Assembly: GCA_003427395.1 (NCBI GenBank)
Contig: BFEA01000028.1
Span: 2,241,001-2,305,000, forward strand
DNA length: 64,000 bases
Direction: 5' to 3'
Origin: Chara braunii
Taxonomy: Eukaryota; Plantae; Charophyceae
The translations under genes were made by a program, and so were the position numbers. Each line of letters opens with the position of its first letter. Position 1 is the first letter of the stretch. The notes below the pieces were generated by a model that saw only the letters and a list, made by a program, of their open reading frames with translations, did no database searches and had not been told where the DNA came from. Shown piece after piece: positions 38,450 to 49,059 of this stretch.

Positions 38450-38956
38450 CATGTTTTTGACCCCCTTCTTTTTCCTGGTCAATGTTAACCCCATCCAGTA
38501 CTTCGATTTTCTCTCAAAATATACGAAATGCAGGCTTGAGCATGGCAACCGTCAGAGAAGGGAGTCCCATCAGGCACACGAAGGGACTCCCTCGCGGTGG
38601 TATGCGAGACTGCAACAGTCACGTACCACTCTGTCCTGATTAGGCATTGGCTGGGTGGGGAGCAGGGGGAGGAGACGGGAAGGTTAGTGGGACGACAACA
38701 CTTTCAAAAGTCGGCCTCCTTCCCATCTTGGGAAATGTAACTTCGCTATTTTTCTTTTTTTTAAGTCTTTAAAATTACTTTTCTTCCTTTTCTTACAGTG
38801 CCGCACAGGTCCAAATAGGCCATGACTCCTGTGCTAGTGGAACCGTGCCCCTTGTGTTCAACTGGTTCAACGGTGTGACATGATTTCTCCAAATAAAAAA
38901 ATGAATTTTGCCATTTTTTTGCATTTTTTCTTTTTTTCACGTCTTCAATAGAAGAT

Positions 38957-39382
38957 GGTAGAGTTTCGAAATGCCCCTGAAGTTTGCGTTTATTTGCGTT
39001 TTATCCCTCCAACGGCCGACTTACCTTGATTTGCCCCTGGGCCCTCTGAGCTTTCGTGCAGGCCCATGTCAGTGAGGGGAGCAACTTTTCGAAATGCCCC
39101 TACCGGACCGCCGGTCCCATTTCCCGTGGTGGTTGTTCGATTTGCCCTTTCGCGATGGATGCATCTTCCTGGGATGCCCTCCAGCGGGGAGGCCTTAAGA
39201 ATTCAAATTCAAACTCCTTGCTTTACCAGGCTGCTGCCGTGCAAAAAAACAGCACTCCACTCCACGTTCTGTCCACTGCTGCAATCCACCGTGGAGTTCA
39301 TTCTTCTGCTACTGCGACCTGCCGCCGTCTTGGACGTCCTCGGAGTACATTGCCGAAGGTGAGTGTTCCTTCCCTTCTTCCA

Positions 39383-39452
<70 letters not shown>

Positions 39453-39738
39453 AGAAAGCTGTGGAGCTAGGAGGGTAATGTACAGCCGAGATGCACGACA
39501 CCAGCAGGGGTATCTTGGAAATTCTCGTGCCGGTACCCAACGGCTTTCCGGTAGGGGCATACTGGATATTTGGCACCGGTACCGGTAGGGCCATATTGAA
39601 CATATTTCAGGCCCAAACGACGGCAGGGTTTTTTGGAAACTTGAATCGTTGTCAGAGGGGCAAATCAGAGTAAGTCGGCCGCCAGAGGGGCAAAATGCAA
39701 ATGAACGAAAACTTCAGGGGCATTTAGAAAAATGTCCC
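38957..39738. mobile_element. Non-autonomous Mutator-like element (MULE)
   Basis: Imperfect TIRs of ~85 bp (AAATGCCCCTGAAGTTT...GACTTAC..TGATTTGCCCCT). The 9-bp flanks ATAGAAGAT / ATAGAAAAT match 8/9. Confidence 0.8.
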
Positions 39739-39835
39739 ATAGAAAATAGAAGAGAAAATGGATCCCCGAAATTATTACGTTTTCTTTCTGTGCCTTACTG
39801 ACAGCCTGTATATCTTGGTGGACATTGATTTCATT

Positions 39836-40733
39836 GGGGCCCGCTGCACTACTCTAGACTCCTGAAAAAATTCTAGAGTTGTTCTAGAGCAATCAGAGTC
39901 GTGAAAAGTCCTAAAGGGTCTCGCTCCACTGCACTAAACTCACGAAAAAAAATAGTGAGTGCTTCTAAAGTTGTCAGAGGTCTATAACTCTTGAAAAAAG
40001 AAGCACCGCTCTACTTACTCCAGACTCAAGAACAATAGAAGCACTCACGAATTTCTCAGCGCTACATGACAGCCCTTTTACAGCGCCAGCTCGTTCTGAT
40101 GGCCGGGGCAGGAGGCACACTGGCGAAAAAAGAGGCCGGAGCCGGGGTAGGAGGGAGGATGCTAGAAAACCTGAGCGTTGCAGGCTGTGAACTTTATACA
40201 AATAGAGAGTGCCCTTCGAGAGCGCTTTCTGACAGCTCTCGAAGGGTGTTATCATGAGTTCCAGTCTACAGTAAGTGGGGCGAGGCGTTATTCTCGAAAC
40301 TTCGGGAGGCCCAAAATCTACGCATCGCCGCACTAGCTCTAGACTCTAGAAAAGCTAGAGTTGCTCCGTCACTTTTTGAGTTCGGCCAGTTCACTACAGG
40401 ACCGCTAGCCTGGGTTGTCCATCCAGACTCAAGGCCCACTCAAGGAAAACCAAGGCGTTTCAAGGGTCCTTTGGCCCTCCCTAAAAACAACGGCCTTTGC
40501 AGGTTAGTGCTCTAGATCAATCTAGAGTGAGAAGGACCGACCCGATCTGACAGCTCAAGAAATGAGAACTCTAGAGCGAACTTACCGAGTAAGTCGAGCG
40601 ATGATGAATCTATTACTTTTCTAGAGTTGTTCTGACAACTCTACAACAGGTTTTCGAGCGCCCATTTCTTGAGTAAGTGCAGCCATGTCGGACTCAAGAA
40701 AAAGCTTGAATCTAGAGTAGTGCAACGAGCCCT
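39836..40733. mobile_element. H-long MITE with nested related element (39916-40312, AAA TSD)
   Basis: The outer parts align with 3156-3652. The insert GGGTCTCGCTCCACT...GAGGCCC splits CCTAAAA(T/C)CTACGCATCGCC. Confidence 0.85.
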
Positions 40734-40740
40734 ATCATGA

Positions 40741-40903
40741 ACCTCGCCACACCACTGTAGGAACGAAAACCGAACAAATGCATCTTCCCATGTGGTAGGG
40801 CAAGATGCATCCGTGCTATGAATAGCAGCAATGGATGCATCGTATCACTTTATGTGGCAGATGCATTCGTTCTCTTTTCGTTTCGACATTTGTGTGGCGA
40901 GGT
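40741..40903. mobile_element. Fold-back MITE
   Basis: ACCTCGCCACAC...GTGTGGCGAGGT termini with an imperfectly palindromic interior. Confidence 0.7.
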
Positions 40904-40973
40904 GCTATGATGTACCACCAAGGCTCCCCTTGAAGTTCCCATGAATGTTGCACCCCCTCCACATAGTTGCCTA

Positions 40974-41078
40974 CCTTCTTCACCCGAATAGAACACCCCG
41001 TCATTATAGCTGCATTTGGCCCACCTTTCAGTCCAGATGCAGCGATAATGGCCAGACGTTCTATTCTGGTGAAGACGG
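40974..41078. mobile_element. TA-flanked palindromic MITE
   Basis: TA|CCTTCTTCACCCGAATAGAAC...GTTCTATTCTGGTGAAGACGG|TA. Confidence 0.78.
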
Positions 41079-41403
41079 TAACTGAAAACGAGAAATATGG
41101 CGGTGTATGTACCCAGGATTCGACGAAGCATTCATTCTCGTTTTCACTTCGTGGGGAGCAGTGGAAAGAGGTCATACGTCTGTTAAGCATATATGTTGTA
41201 CGTGATCGTGAATGCCATACTATGCATCAACTAACGAAATGCGTGTTCTTTGTGTGGACTTCGATTGAATACGGTCAGCTCTGGTGGCTAGGTACGTTGG
41301 TAAGTACTTGATATGCCAGGATGAACCAAAACTGAGGGTCACCATTTTTTATTTATTTTTTAATAATTAATCTATATTCATCTCACAATCTTGTTTGTAT
41401 CCA

Positions 41404-41475
41404 GCGGCCTAGCTCAATTGGTTAAGCACGCAAGTGACATTCAGGAGGTTGTGGGTTCAATCCCCATGGATGCCT
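41404..41475 (+). mobile_element. tRNA-like head (Pol III A/B boxes) of a putative SINE or tRNA pseudogene
   Basis: A box TAGCTCAATTGG and B box GGTTCAATCC at tRNA spacing. The anticodon arm (TGACAT) does not pair. A 60-bp internal duplication follows downstream (41632-41763). Confidence 0.6.
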
Positions 41476-42562
41476 GTAGTACTCTTGGTGCCAACCAACT
41501 GAGATAGTCAGCTGGATCCTCCTTGTCGATATTCAACCAACACGGGTGTGAGTGTGTGTGTGAGTGGGTTGCGTGTGGCATGCGGGAGAGTGTTGGCTTT
41601 AGACACTGCTGTTACTCGATGGGGGTGGGGGAAGATGAAAAGGGAGGCACAATTACTGGCAAATGCTCGGTCGTTGTTTCGACGGGCCCCCACCGGCAGA
41701 AGATGAAAAGGGAGGCACAATTACTGGCAAATGCTCGGTCCTTGTTTAGACGGGCCCCCACCGACAGCCCCAACCCTGCACCCTATACGCTAGGGCAAAG
41801 GGGCAATTATGCTTGTGACGCGCTAACCTCATGCCCTACTCTGTCTTCCGGTCAGAGTGATAAGTTGTGTGGAAAAGGCCCTGAAAGACAATAGAACGAG
41901 ATGTGCCAAGGATTTTTTGAAAATTGCGTGTGGGGACTCGGGCGGAACTGAAGTCCCCCGCGTGGTTCCGACTTTAGCGAGAACAGGTCACTGACGCGTG
42001 GGAAAGAAACAAGTGTGCGCGGTTTTCAAACATCCATTCAATCCAAAAAGTATCGATGTACCTTCGCGAGGGCTAAGGGTCGTCTCTTAGAGTGAAAGGG
42101 CGAAGGAACGCACGTGGGATCCCGTTTTCGGATCAGATCCCGGCGTCACTCGGTACAGAGCTCAGAGTCCAACGTGGAGGGCCTCAGCCTTGTCGCTCGT
42201 TCCTTGTGTACGTCTTCGCCATGTGTTTGATGGTGGAACTTTTTTTTCCGGTAGCGTTCTATGTGGCAACAATCGCTGCACAGGGTGTTCGGCCAATGGG
42301 GTGCTACTGCCGCCCAAGGGATGACAATCAACTCATTAAAAGGCAACAACAATGAGTACGGAGGGAAGTGAGGGTCAACAATGACAAAACCAGCACCTAC
42401 AAATCCATAGCACCTCATCTCTGGTGGGAAATAGTATCTGCCGCCAATCTTGGCGACGTCTTCCCGTATGTTCCACTCGGACACACGTGTCCTTTCCTCG
42501 CTATAAGGGAACGGCCGAGGTGGGGCTGGGGGAAGTCGGCGCCCGGTCAGATCGGAATGTTT

Positions 42563-44350
42563 AGTCCACATGGCACGAGCAAAACCTGATTGCATTTGTC
42601 TAATCACTCCGTTATTCAATCACAAAAATATGCAAACACAATATTATGCATTATCTTCCATACATTACGCAAATTGATCCAATCAAGGGGACGACCATCA
42701 TGCATTCGTGTGAGCATGCATCACATCAGAATCTTAATTCGTTCCCATCGTCGGAGCGGCTACTCAATCGACACATACATGAGACAAATCGCTCATGCAC
42801 ATTTCATCAAAGACTAAGAAGCAAAGGAAGGGGCGCGGCAAAATCACATGCGCTTGCTAGCCTCGAGGGCACGTCCCCGCGAGATCCGATTGAATTCAAT
42901 GAGACAAGCAGGACAAAACCTCAGGGACTTGCAAGGATGTAGGATTTGTCAAAACATTCGTACATTCACAACGGAAATACCATAAGAGAGAGAGGGAGAT
43001 AAAGATTTGGCTTGACCAACGAAGGGGAGTAAGGACAAGGAAGGAGTTGTAAGCACACAAATAGATAGAGAACCAAAAAAACAGCACTCTGCCGTGAACT
43101 TAACTTCAAAAAGAAAAAGAGGAGTCGAGGATCAAGTGAGCGCAAGCCTGCTGTTCTCTGACCATGGCCCCAGGCCATACAACCTCCCGTGCACATGCAC
43201 CTTCCTTACCCTGGTACTGGCGATCCCGACCACCACATACCAACCTCGACACCACAGCGATCTCACCCCGCCAACTCAGCCTGCACACCTACTTGCCCAG
43301 ATCCTGCAGGCCACCCAACACACAACCTTGCGAAACTACAGTCAGCTCATCAAATTTTCGACCTGTTGTGACTTCCCATCACCTAGCCACGAATCCCGAA
43401 AGTTGGCAGATGGGTTCAGAGAGAGTTTCTTGGGAGTGCTTGCGAGTTCCATAGTTGCGAGCAGGGGAACATAAAAGCATGGGGTGAAGACTGGGAGGGG
43501 TCAAGAGGGAGTTTGAGATGATCGCCCGCGGAAAGCCATATCGATCCCGCAGGCTCTTCGTGCAGCCAATCAGACCACTTCATGTGAGGGGAGTTTCTCC
43601 TTTGACGACGTCGATGAGTGACTTCGAGTACCTTGAGAAGGGATCGGTAAGGAGTTCCGGTATAGGAATGCAGGCGGGAAGAATATGAGTGCGAAAGTAG
43701 CGCGGAGCGGATCCAAGATTCAAACGATGATGATTGGGGGTGAAGCATGAGAGAGAGGGGATGGAAAACATTTACAGACGAAGGGACAAAGGCGCGAAGA
43801 AGAGGAGAGGGAAGATGGTACGGGCTTTAGCAGGAGGGGGAAGCTTTCGCGTACAACGCCAGTGCCTAGGAGAGAAGGACATCAAAACAGTACGTTCATC
43901 CTAAAGCTATTTTAAGAATACGAAATTCAAATGTTATACAAGTGCGCGAGATTGAGCATGCAAAAATCCTACGTGTATCCAGTTGCGAGGGAAGATGGTA
44001 CGGGCTTTAGCAGGAGGGGGAAACTTTCGGGTACAACGCCAGTGCCTAGGAGAGAAGGACATCAAAACAGTACGTTCCATCCTAAAGCTATTTTAAGAAT
44101 ACAAAATTCAAATGTTATACAAGTGCGCAAGATTGAGCATGCAAAATCCTACGTGTATCCAGTTGCCTACTAAAAATTCACCAATCTTTCAAGGGCGGAT
44201 ATGGGAAGCTCTCGATGCAAGAAATGAGACGTCAACGAAAAAGACATCCGTAAATCCCAAAATTCCCAACCATTGAACAAAATTCTTAGCGCTCTCTCTA
44301 GTGCACGCTTAATTCCTACGTAAGTTCATGAATTCCGAAAGGAAATTTGC
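42563..44350 (-). repeat. Second copy of the ~1.7-kb repeat, with an internal ~180-bp tandem duplication (43806-44165)
   Basis: Homology to 17720-19415. Confidence 0.7.
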
Positions 44351-45477
44351 AACCAAAAAAAAGAAACGTCGGCTTGGATTCGGGAGAGCCTGGCTGGCCG
44401 ACAACTTCATGCCTCGGGAATACAGCAAGAGAGAGGGGGGGAGCGGGGGAGGGGAGGGAGATGGTTCAACAAAATTTGGGGGCTTCGGAAGATAGTTCCG
44501 GTATGAGGCTCCAAACGCCCTGCGTGCCAAAGAAAAATGAACCAGCACAGGCCTCCTTATTGGCTGCTGCCGCCAGCCATTACTATTCTGCGACTGCTGA
44601 CCCCCAAAAGTTGCGGCACCATGCAAGCCACATCTTTGAAAAAATGGCCGGGAAACGTATTGGTGATGAAAAAAGAAAAGATTAGCTGTAACAAGTGACA
44701 GGAATCACATGGTGATTTGTCCGTTAACGAAAAATGAATCATCGCAGGCCTCCTTATTGCCTGCCGCCGCCAGCCATTACTAAGCTCCGACTACTGACCC
44801 CCCAAAGTTGCGGCAGCATGCAAGCCGCATCTTTGAAAACATGGCCGGGAAACGTACTGGTGGTTAAAAAAGAAAAGATAAGCTGTAACAAGTGACAGAT
44901 ATCACATGGTGATTTGTCCATTAACTGCTACCCATGGTTGGATTCAACCCTTCAGGTCAGGAATGACGTGCTGGAAACCAAACTAGAATACGAGGGGCAT
45001 TCTGTCGTGGTTGCACGACTCACATGTCAGCGGTTACCACTGACAGTTCAACTGCATTTCATGCTATACGCGAATCACCGAGGACCTCATCCACAAGGTA
45101 AAGAAACATCCTCCCTGCTGCACGATTACCGAAGAACGGCACACGGTGTGCCCACATCAGGTTGACTGAGTTTTCTTGCAATGCAGTCCAAGTTCATGAA
45201 CATACTCCACCACACCCATGACGGATGAATGGGTCATTTTACATGCAACGCAAAAGGAGGATGGATCTGTTTGCAACGTGCAGCTATGCAAAAGGTCGTT
45301 AAACTGGTCCGTGCTCTTGTATATTGGGTAAATCCCCAACAAAGAACAAGACTTCCTAGCACATTCCCAATCAGAAGCACTTGCTCTTGTACATTGGCTA
45401 AATCCCCAACGAAGAACAAGACTTCCTACCACATTCCCAATCAGAAGCACGTGCCACGTGCAGCGTGCAGCTATGGT

Positions 45478-45571
45478 CCCAGCCTTTTTCCTAAAAATAG
45501 ATCAAAATTCATCAAATGTAGTATCTGATCAGTTAAATATCTGATGCGTGTGTGGCCCATTAGACAGGACC

Positions 45572-45605
<34 letters not shown>
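45478..45605 (+). pseudogene. U2: Degenerate U2 5'-half retrocopy with poly(A)
   Basis: GCCTTTTTCCTAAAAATAGATCAA...TGTAGTATCTGATCAGTTAAATATCTGATGCGTGTGTGGCCCAT followed by an A run of ~33. Confidence 0.72.
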
Positions 45606-45607
<2 letters not shown>

Positions 45608-45711
45608 AAAGAAAGAAAGGGTACAGTGCTACCATTGAATGTTCTGAAGGCACTGAAGTGAAAACATATTATTGATTTATTCTGGACAAGTTTTCTAGCA
45701 ATGGAGGTTCA

Positions 45712-45947
45712 ACCACCAGTACGTGGCCAAGCTATCGAAGCCAACCCTCCCAGCCCCCTGCGCACCAAGTCCTACCAAACCGCCATCGGCAGTTTTTGTT
45801 TTCATTTTGGCTGTGGCCTCCAACCAATGCGTGTTTTCATTTTGGCTGTGGCCTCCAACCAATGAGGTCCGGTAGGCCGAAGCCCGAATGCCGCGGCGCG
45901 CTAACGGGGAAGCGCCGCGGCCAATAGCTGGGCCAAGTACTGGTGGA
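45712..45947. mobile_element. TTAA-family MITE
   Basis: TTCA|ACCACCAGTAC...GTACTGGTGGA|TTAA; the interior is related to the 7905 and 48208 copies. Confidence 0.75.
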
Positions 45948-46400
45948 TTAATAACTACGCCAGAAGCAAGATGGCAGGCCCTGAAGCCCCAACTTGACCT
46001 CTTTCGGATGCACAAGGATATTGAGCCGGCCATTGCCTCCTTCTGCAGGGACTGGTTGGGGGGTCAAAAGAGGGGGTTGGATAGCTACAGTGGAACGGAG
46101 CGGAGGCAGGGCAGACGGCCAACAGTGGGAGATGGTAGCGTCCAGGGGCGACTGCCTGATTTTCAACGACTGGACAAGTATGCAACGGGCCTTCCCCATC
46201 GGACTTCCCGGATCCCTTCCTGTCGCACCCGCTTGCCCTCGCTTAGATACCGATGGACGCTGAGAAATGATTGCCTGATCGGTTGCCCCCTGGATTCCCG
46301 AACCAAAAACCCAATCTTTTTGCCCCCCCTGTGCCCCTCCGCAGGGCTGCAGCTGCTCTGCAGGAAACCTCCCCCAGACCACAAAGCTGGAGCTGGGCGC

Positions 46401-46900
46401 TCAGTCTTCGCATACCCCTTCACAGCTGTATCGACATGAAAGGAGTGCTCGCAGGCCCCTCGACAAGGCAACGGCGACCCAAGGCTTCACCTTTTTGGAG
46501 ATGAGGGAAGGAGCGGGCAGCAACCTGCAGCTCTTAGACGAGGAAGAAGGCGTGCTTACTACTCTAGCATCACGTTCAATCTGGCGGTGGCCCATAGGGA
46601 AACCGAAGAGGCAAGCAGCATTCAAGTCTTCGCCGTCGGGACGACAGTGGGGATAGCCTAGAAAATCATCTGCGAAGCGGATGTAATGCATCCTTCGGTT
46701 CCAATGCATGGAATTCAGATGCGAAGCGTCAGCTCAAACTCTCACGTAAATTTTTGACAAAAGTTAGCTCAGCTCATAGGCCGTAGGCGGCGTCATGCAT
46801 CTACACTTTCCATCTTCATATGCTATAGATCCAATACAACTCTCGAGGAATTCGTCCCCGGGTCATGAAAAAGTGCTGGTAGATGTACAAGTTCACCTTA
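46401..46900 (-). pseudogene. Possible decayed reverse transcriptase / group II intron maturase fragment
   Basis: HYIRFADDFLG resembles the RT5 YxRYADDF motif; the surrounding sequence is degenerate. Confidence 0.4.
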
Positions 46901-46943
46901 CTGAAATGTAATTGGCATAATCAGCAAGAAACGAACATATGTC

Positions 46944-46981
46944 CTGTCTCTTATACACATCTAGATGTGTATAAGAGACAG
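46944..46981. other. Nextera mate-pair junction adapter (Tn5 mosaic ends) - assembly artefact
   Basis: Exact CTGTCTCTTATACACATCT+AGATGTGTATAAGAGACAG. Confidence 0.98.
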
Positions 46982-47917
46982 GTGCCGCACAGGTCCAAAT
47001 AGGCCATGACTCCTGTNNNNNNNNNNNNNNNNNNNNNNNNNNNNNNNNNNNNNNNNNNNNNNNNNNNNNNNNNNNNNNNNNNNNNNNNNNNNNNNNNNNN
47101 NNNNNNNNNNNNNNNNNNNNNNNNNNNNNNNNNNNNNNNNNNNNNNNNNNNNNNNNNNNNNNNNNNNNNNNNNNNNNNNNNNNNNNNNNNNNNNNNNNNN
47201 NNNNNNNNNNNNNNNNNNNNNNNNNNNNNNNNNNNNNNNNNNNNNNNNNNNNNNNNNNNNNNNNNNNNNNNNNNNNNNNNNNNNNNNNNNNNNNNNNNNN
47301 NAAAAAAAAAAAAAAAAAAAAGAGAGAGAGAGAGAGAGACAGAAGGGGTTAGCAGGCAAAAAATACTAGGACATGCCTATCAGCTGCACAGTTACCCCCA
47401 CAGATCCCCTGGGGTAGTCGATACTGGCAGTCCATGATTAGATTCTCATCTGAGTCCTCTTTATGCATTCAATATATTCATTTGCGATGTTGGACAAGCT
47501 TTTCAGCAGGTGAGGTTCGGCACCAGTAGACTGGAGCAACCGGAACTGAAAACAAAGAATTGTAGTAAATGGAATGCTCCGTAAGCTAAGCTGAGTAATG
47601 CACTCGGTACCCAGGTTGAATTGCGAGGTCCCTGGCCTCGTATTTTTCTTTTAAAAAAAATAAAATAATGATAATAATAATAAAATTATTGACATACAAA
47701 CAATTTTGAAAGCACGTGCAGATTGCCTGAGAGTTCCCAGATTTCGTCAGATAAGAGGGGTCTCGTGACAAGCAGGGGGGATATGACCAAGCATTGTCAT
47801 TAGAAAAGCATCAGCTGTTTTTCCTTTAACAAAAAAAGGAAAAAGACGATCTGGAACAACATGGAATGAAACCGATAGAACTGCTTATGTTGGCAAAAAG
47901 CCTAAAAGAAGAAGGGG

Positions 47918-47961
<44 letters not shown>

Positions 47962-48207
47962 AGCCTACCACCCAGGCAAACCAAGGGCATCGCAAATAAT
48001 ACATGGCATCGACTGCGGATAAACAGCAACAGAAGCCAGCCTATACACATCAGCAACGCACTTGGCAGCAGCATTCGTTCAACGCACGGCACGATGAGCC
48101 AAGGAATGCCCCTGGACGACTCTGCGGTCCACACCCTGTCCTTTTTCTTCAATTACACGCTGCACCCTAGACTGCCAAGCATATACACAGATCAGCAACG
48201 CACTTCA

Positions 48208-48408
48208 ACCACCAGTACTTGCCCCAGCTATTGATGCCAAGCCGCGAAAACCCCGCCACGCCAAGTTTTGCCAAGCCACCACCACGTCGTTTCGTTTTTC
48301 TTTTGGCTGGCGCCTCCAGCCATTGTGCTCCAGCAGCCCGAAGCCCATCGGTTTGCGGCGTGGGAACGGGAAACCCCGCGGCCGATGTATGGGCCAAGTA
48401 CTGGTGGG
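48208..48408. mobile_element. TTAA-family MITE inserted in one copy of a local duplication
   Basis: The paralogous empty site CAGCAACGCAC-TTGG-CAGCAGCATTCGTTC is at 48051-48080. Confidence 0.8.
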
Positions 48409-49059
48409 GTAACAGCAGCATTCGTTCAATGCACAGCACGATGAGCCGAGGAATGCCCATGGACGACTCTGCAGTCCACAACCTGTCCTTTTTCTTCACT
48501 TGCATTACCCGCTGTCACCAATTTTCACAGACCCTGCCGGTTCTTCAGCTGCGCAACCAAGACCACAACTTGGCAAGTTGGCAGTCATCTGATGAGGTGA
48601 AGTCTTATCTGTTGTCTACTCTGCCACAATTCTCCGGCATCACAGGCAGCGAAGGCAGAGAGACCCTTCTGCTGCAGGCAATATATATATTTTTCCCAAG
48701 AAATATTTCATTCTGGACATCTCCTTCGACGGGATTGGAACTGAGGCCAGTATTTCCACAGTTCCGTTGCTGTCTTCTGCAGGCATCTAGCTGGGCAATT
48801 GTCTCAAAAATGACCGGATGTACATTCAAACACAGAAGAACAGGCCCATCCGGTGCTTGGCGGGCTGCCCACGGTGGTTAGCTACGAATCCTCTTCTCCA
48901 CCATTTGTCAGAAAAACAGCAGAAACTTTCCGCGTTGTCAATCAGCTGTCCCACTCTTCAGTGATGCTTGCCACTGGCACTACTGCCATAATGATTGCTT
49001 GCCCTCAAGTTGTGTAGCGAACGAAACGGCGCGTGTGCAGCTGACAGGTACCATAAGTT

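Noticed and set aside
46944-46981. Tn5/IS50 transposon ends suggesting bacterial HGT
   Set aside because: Back-to-back mosaic ends are the Nextera mate-pair junction adapter.
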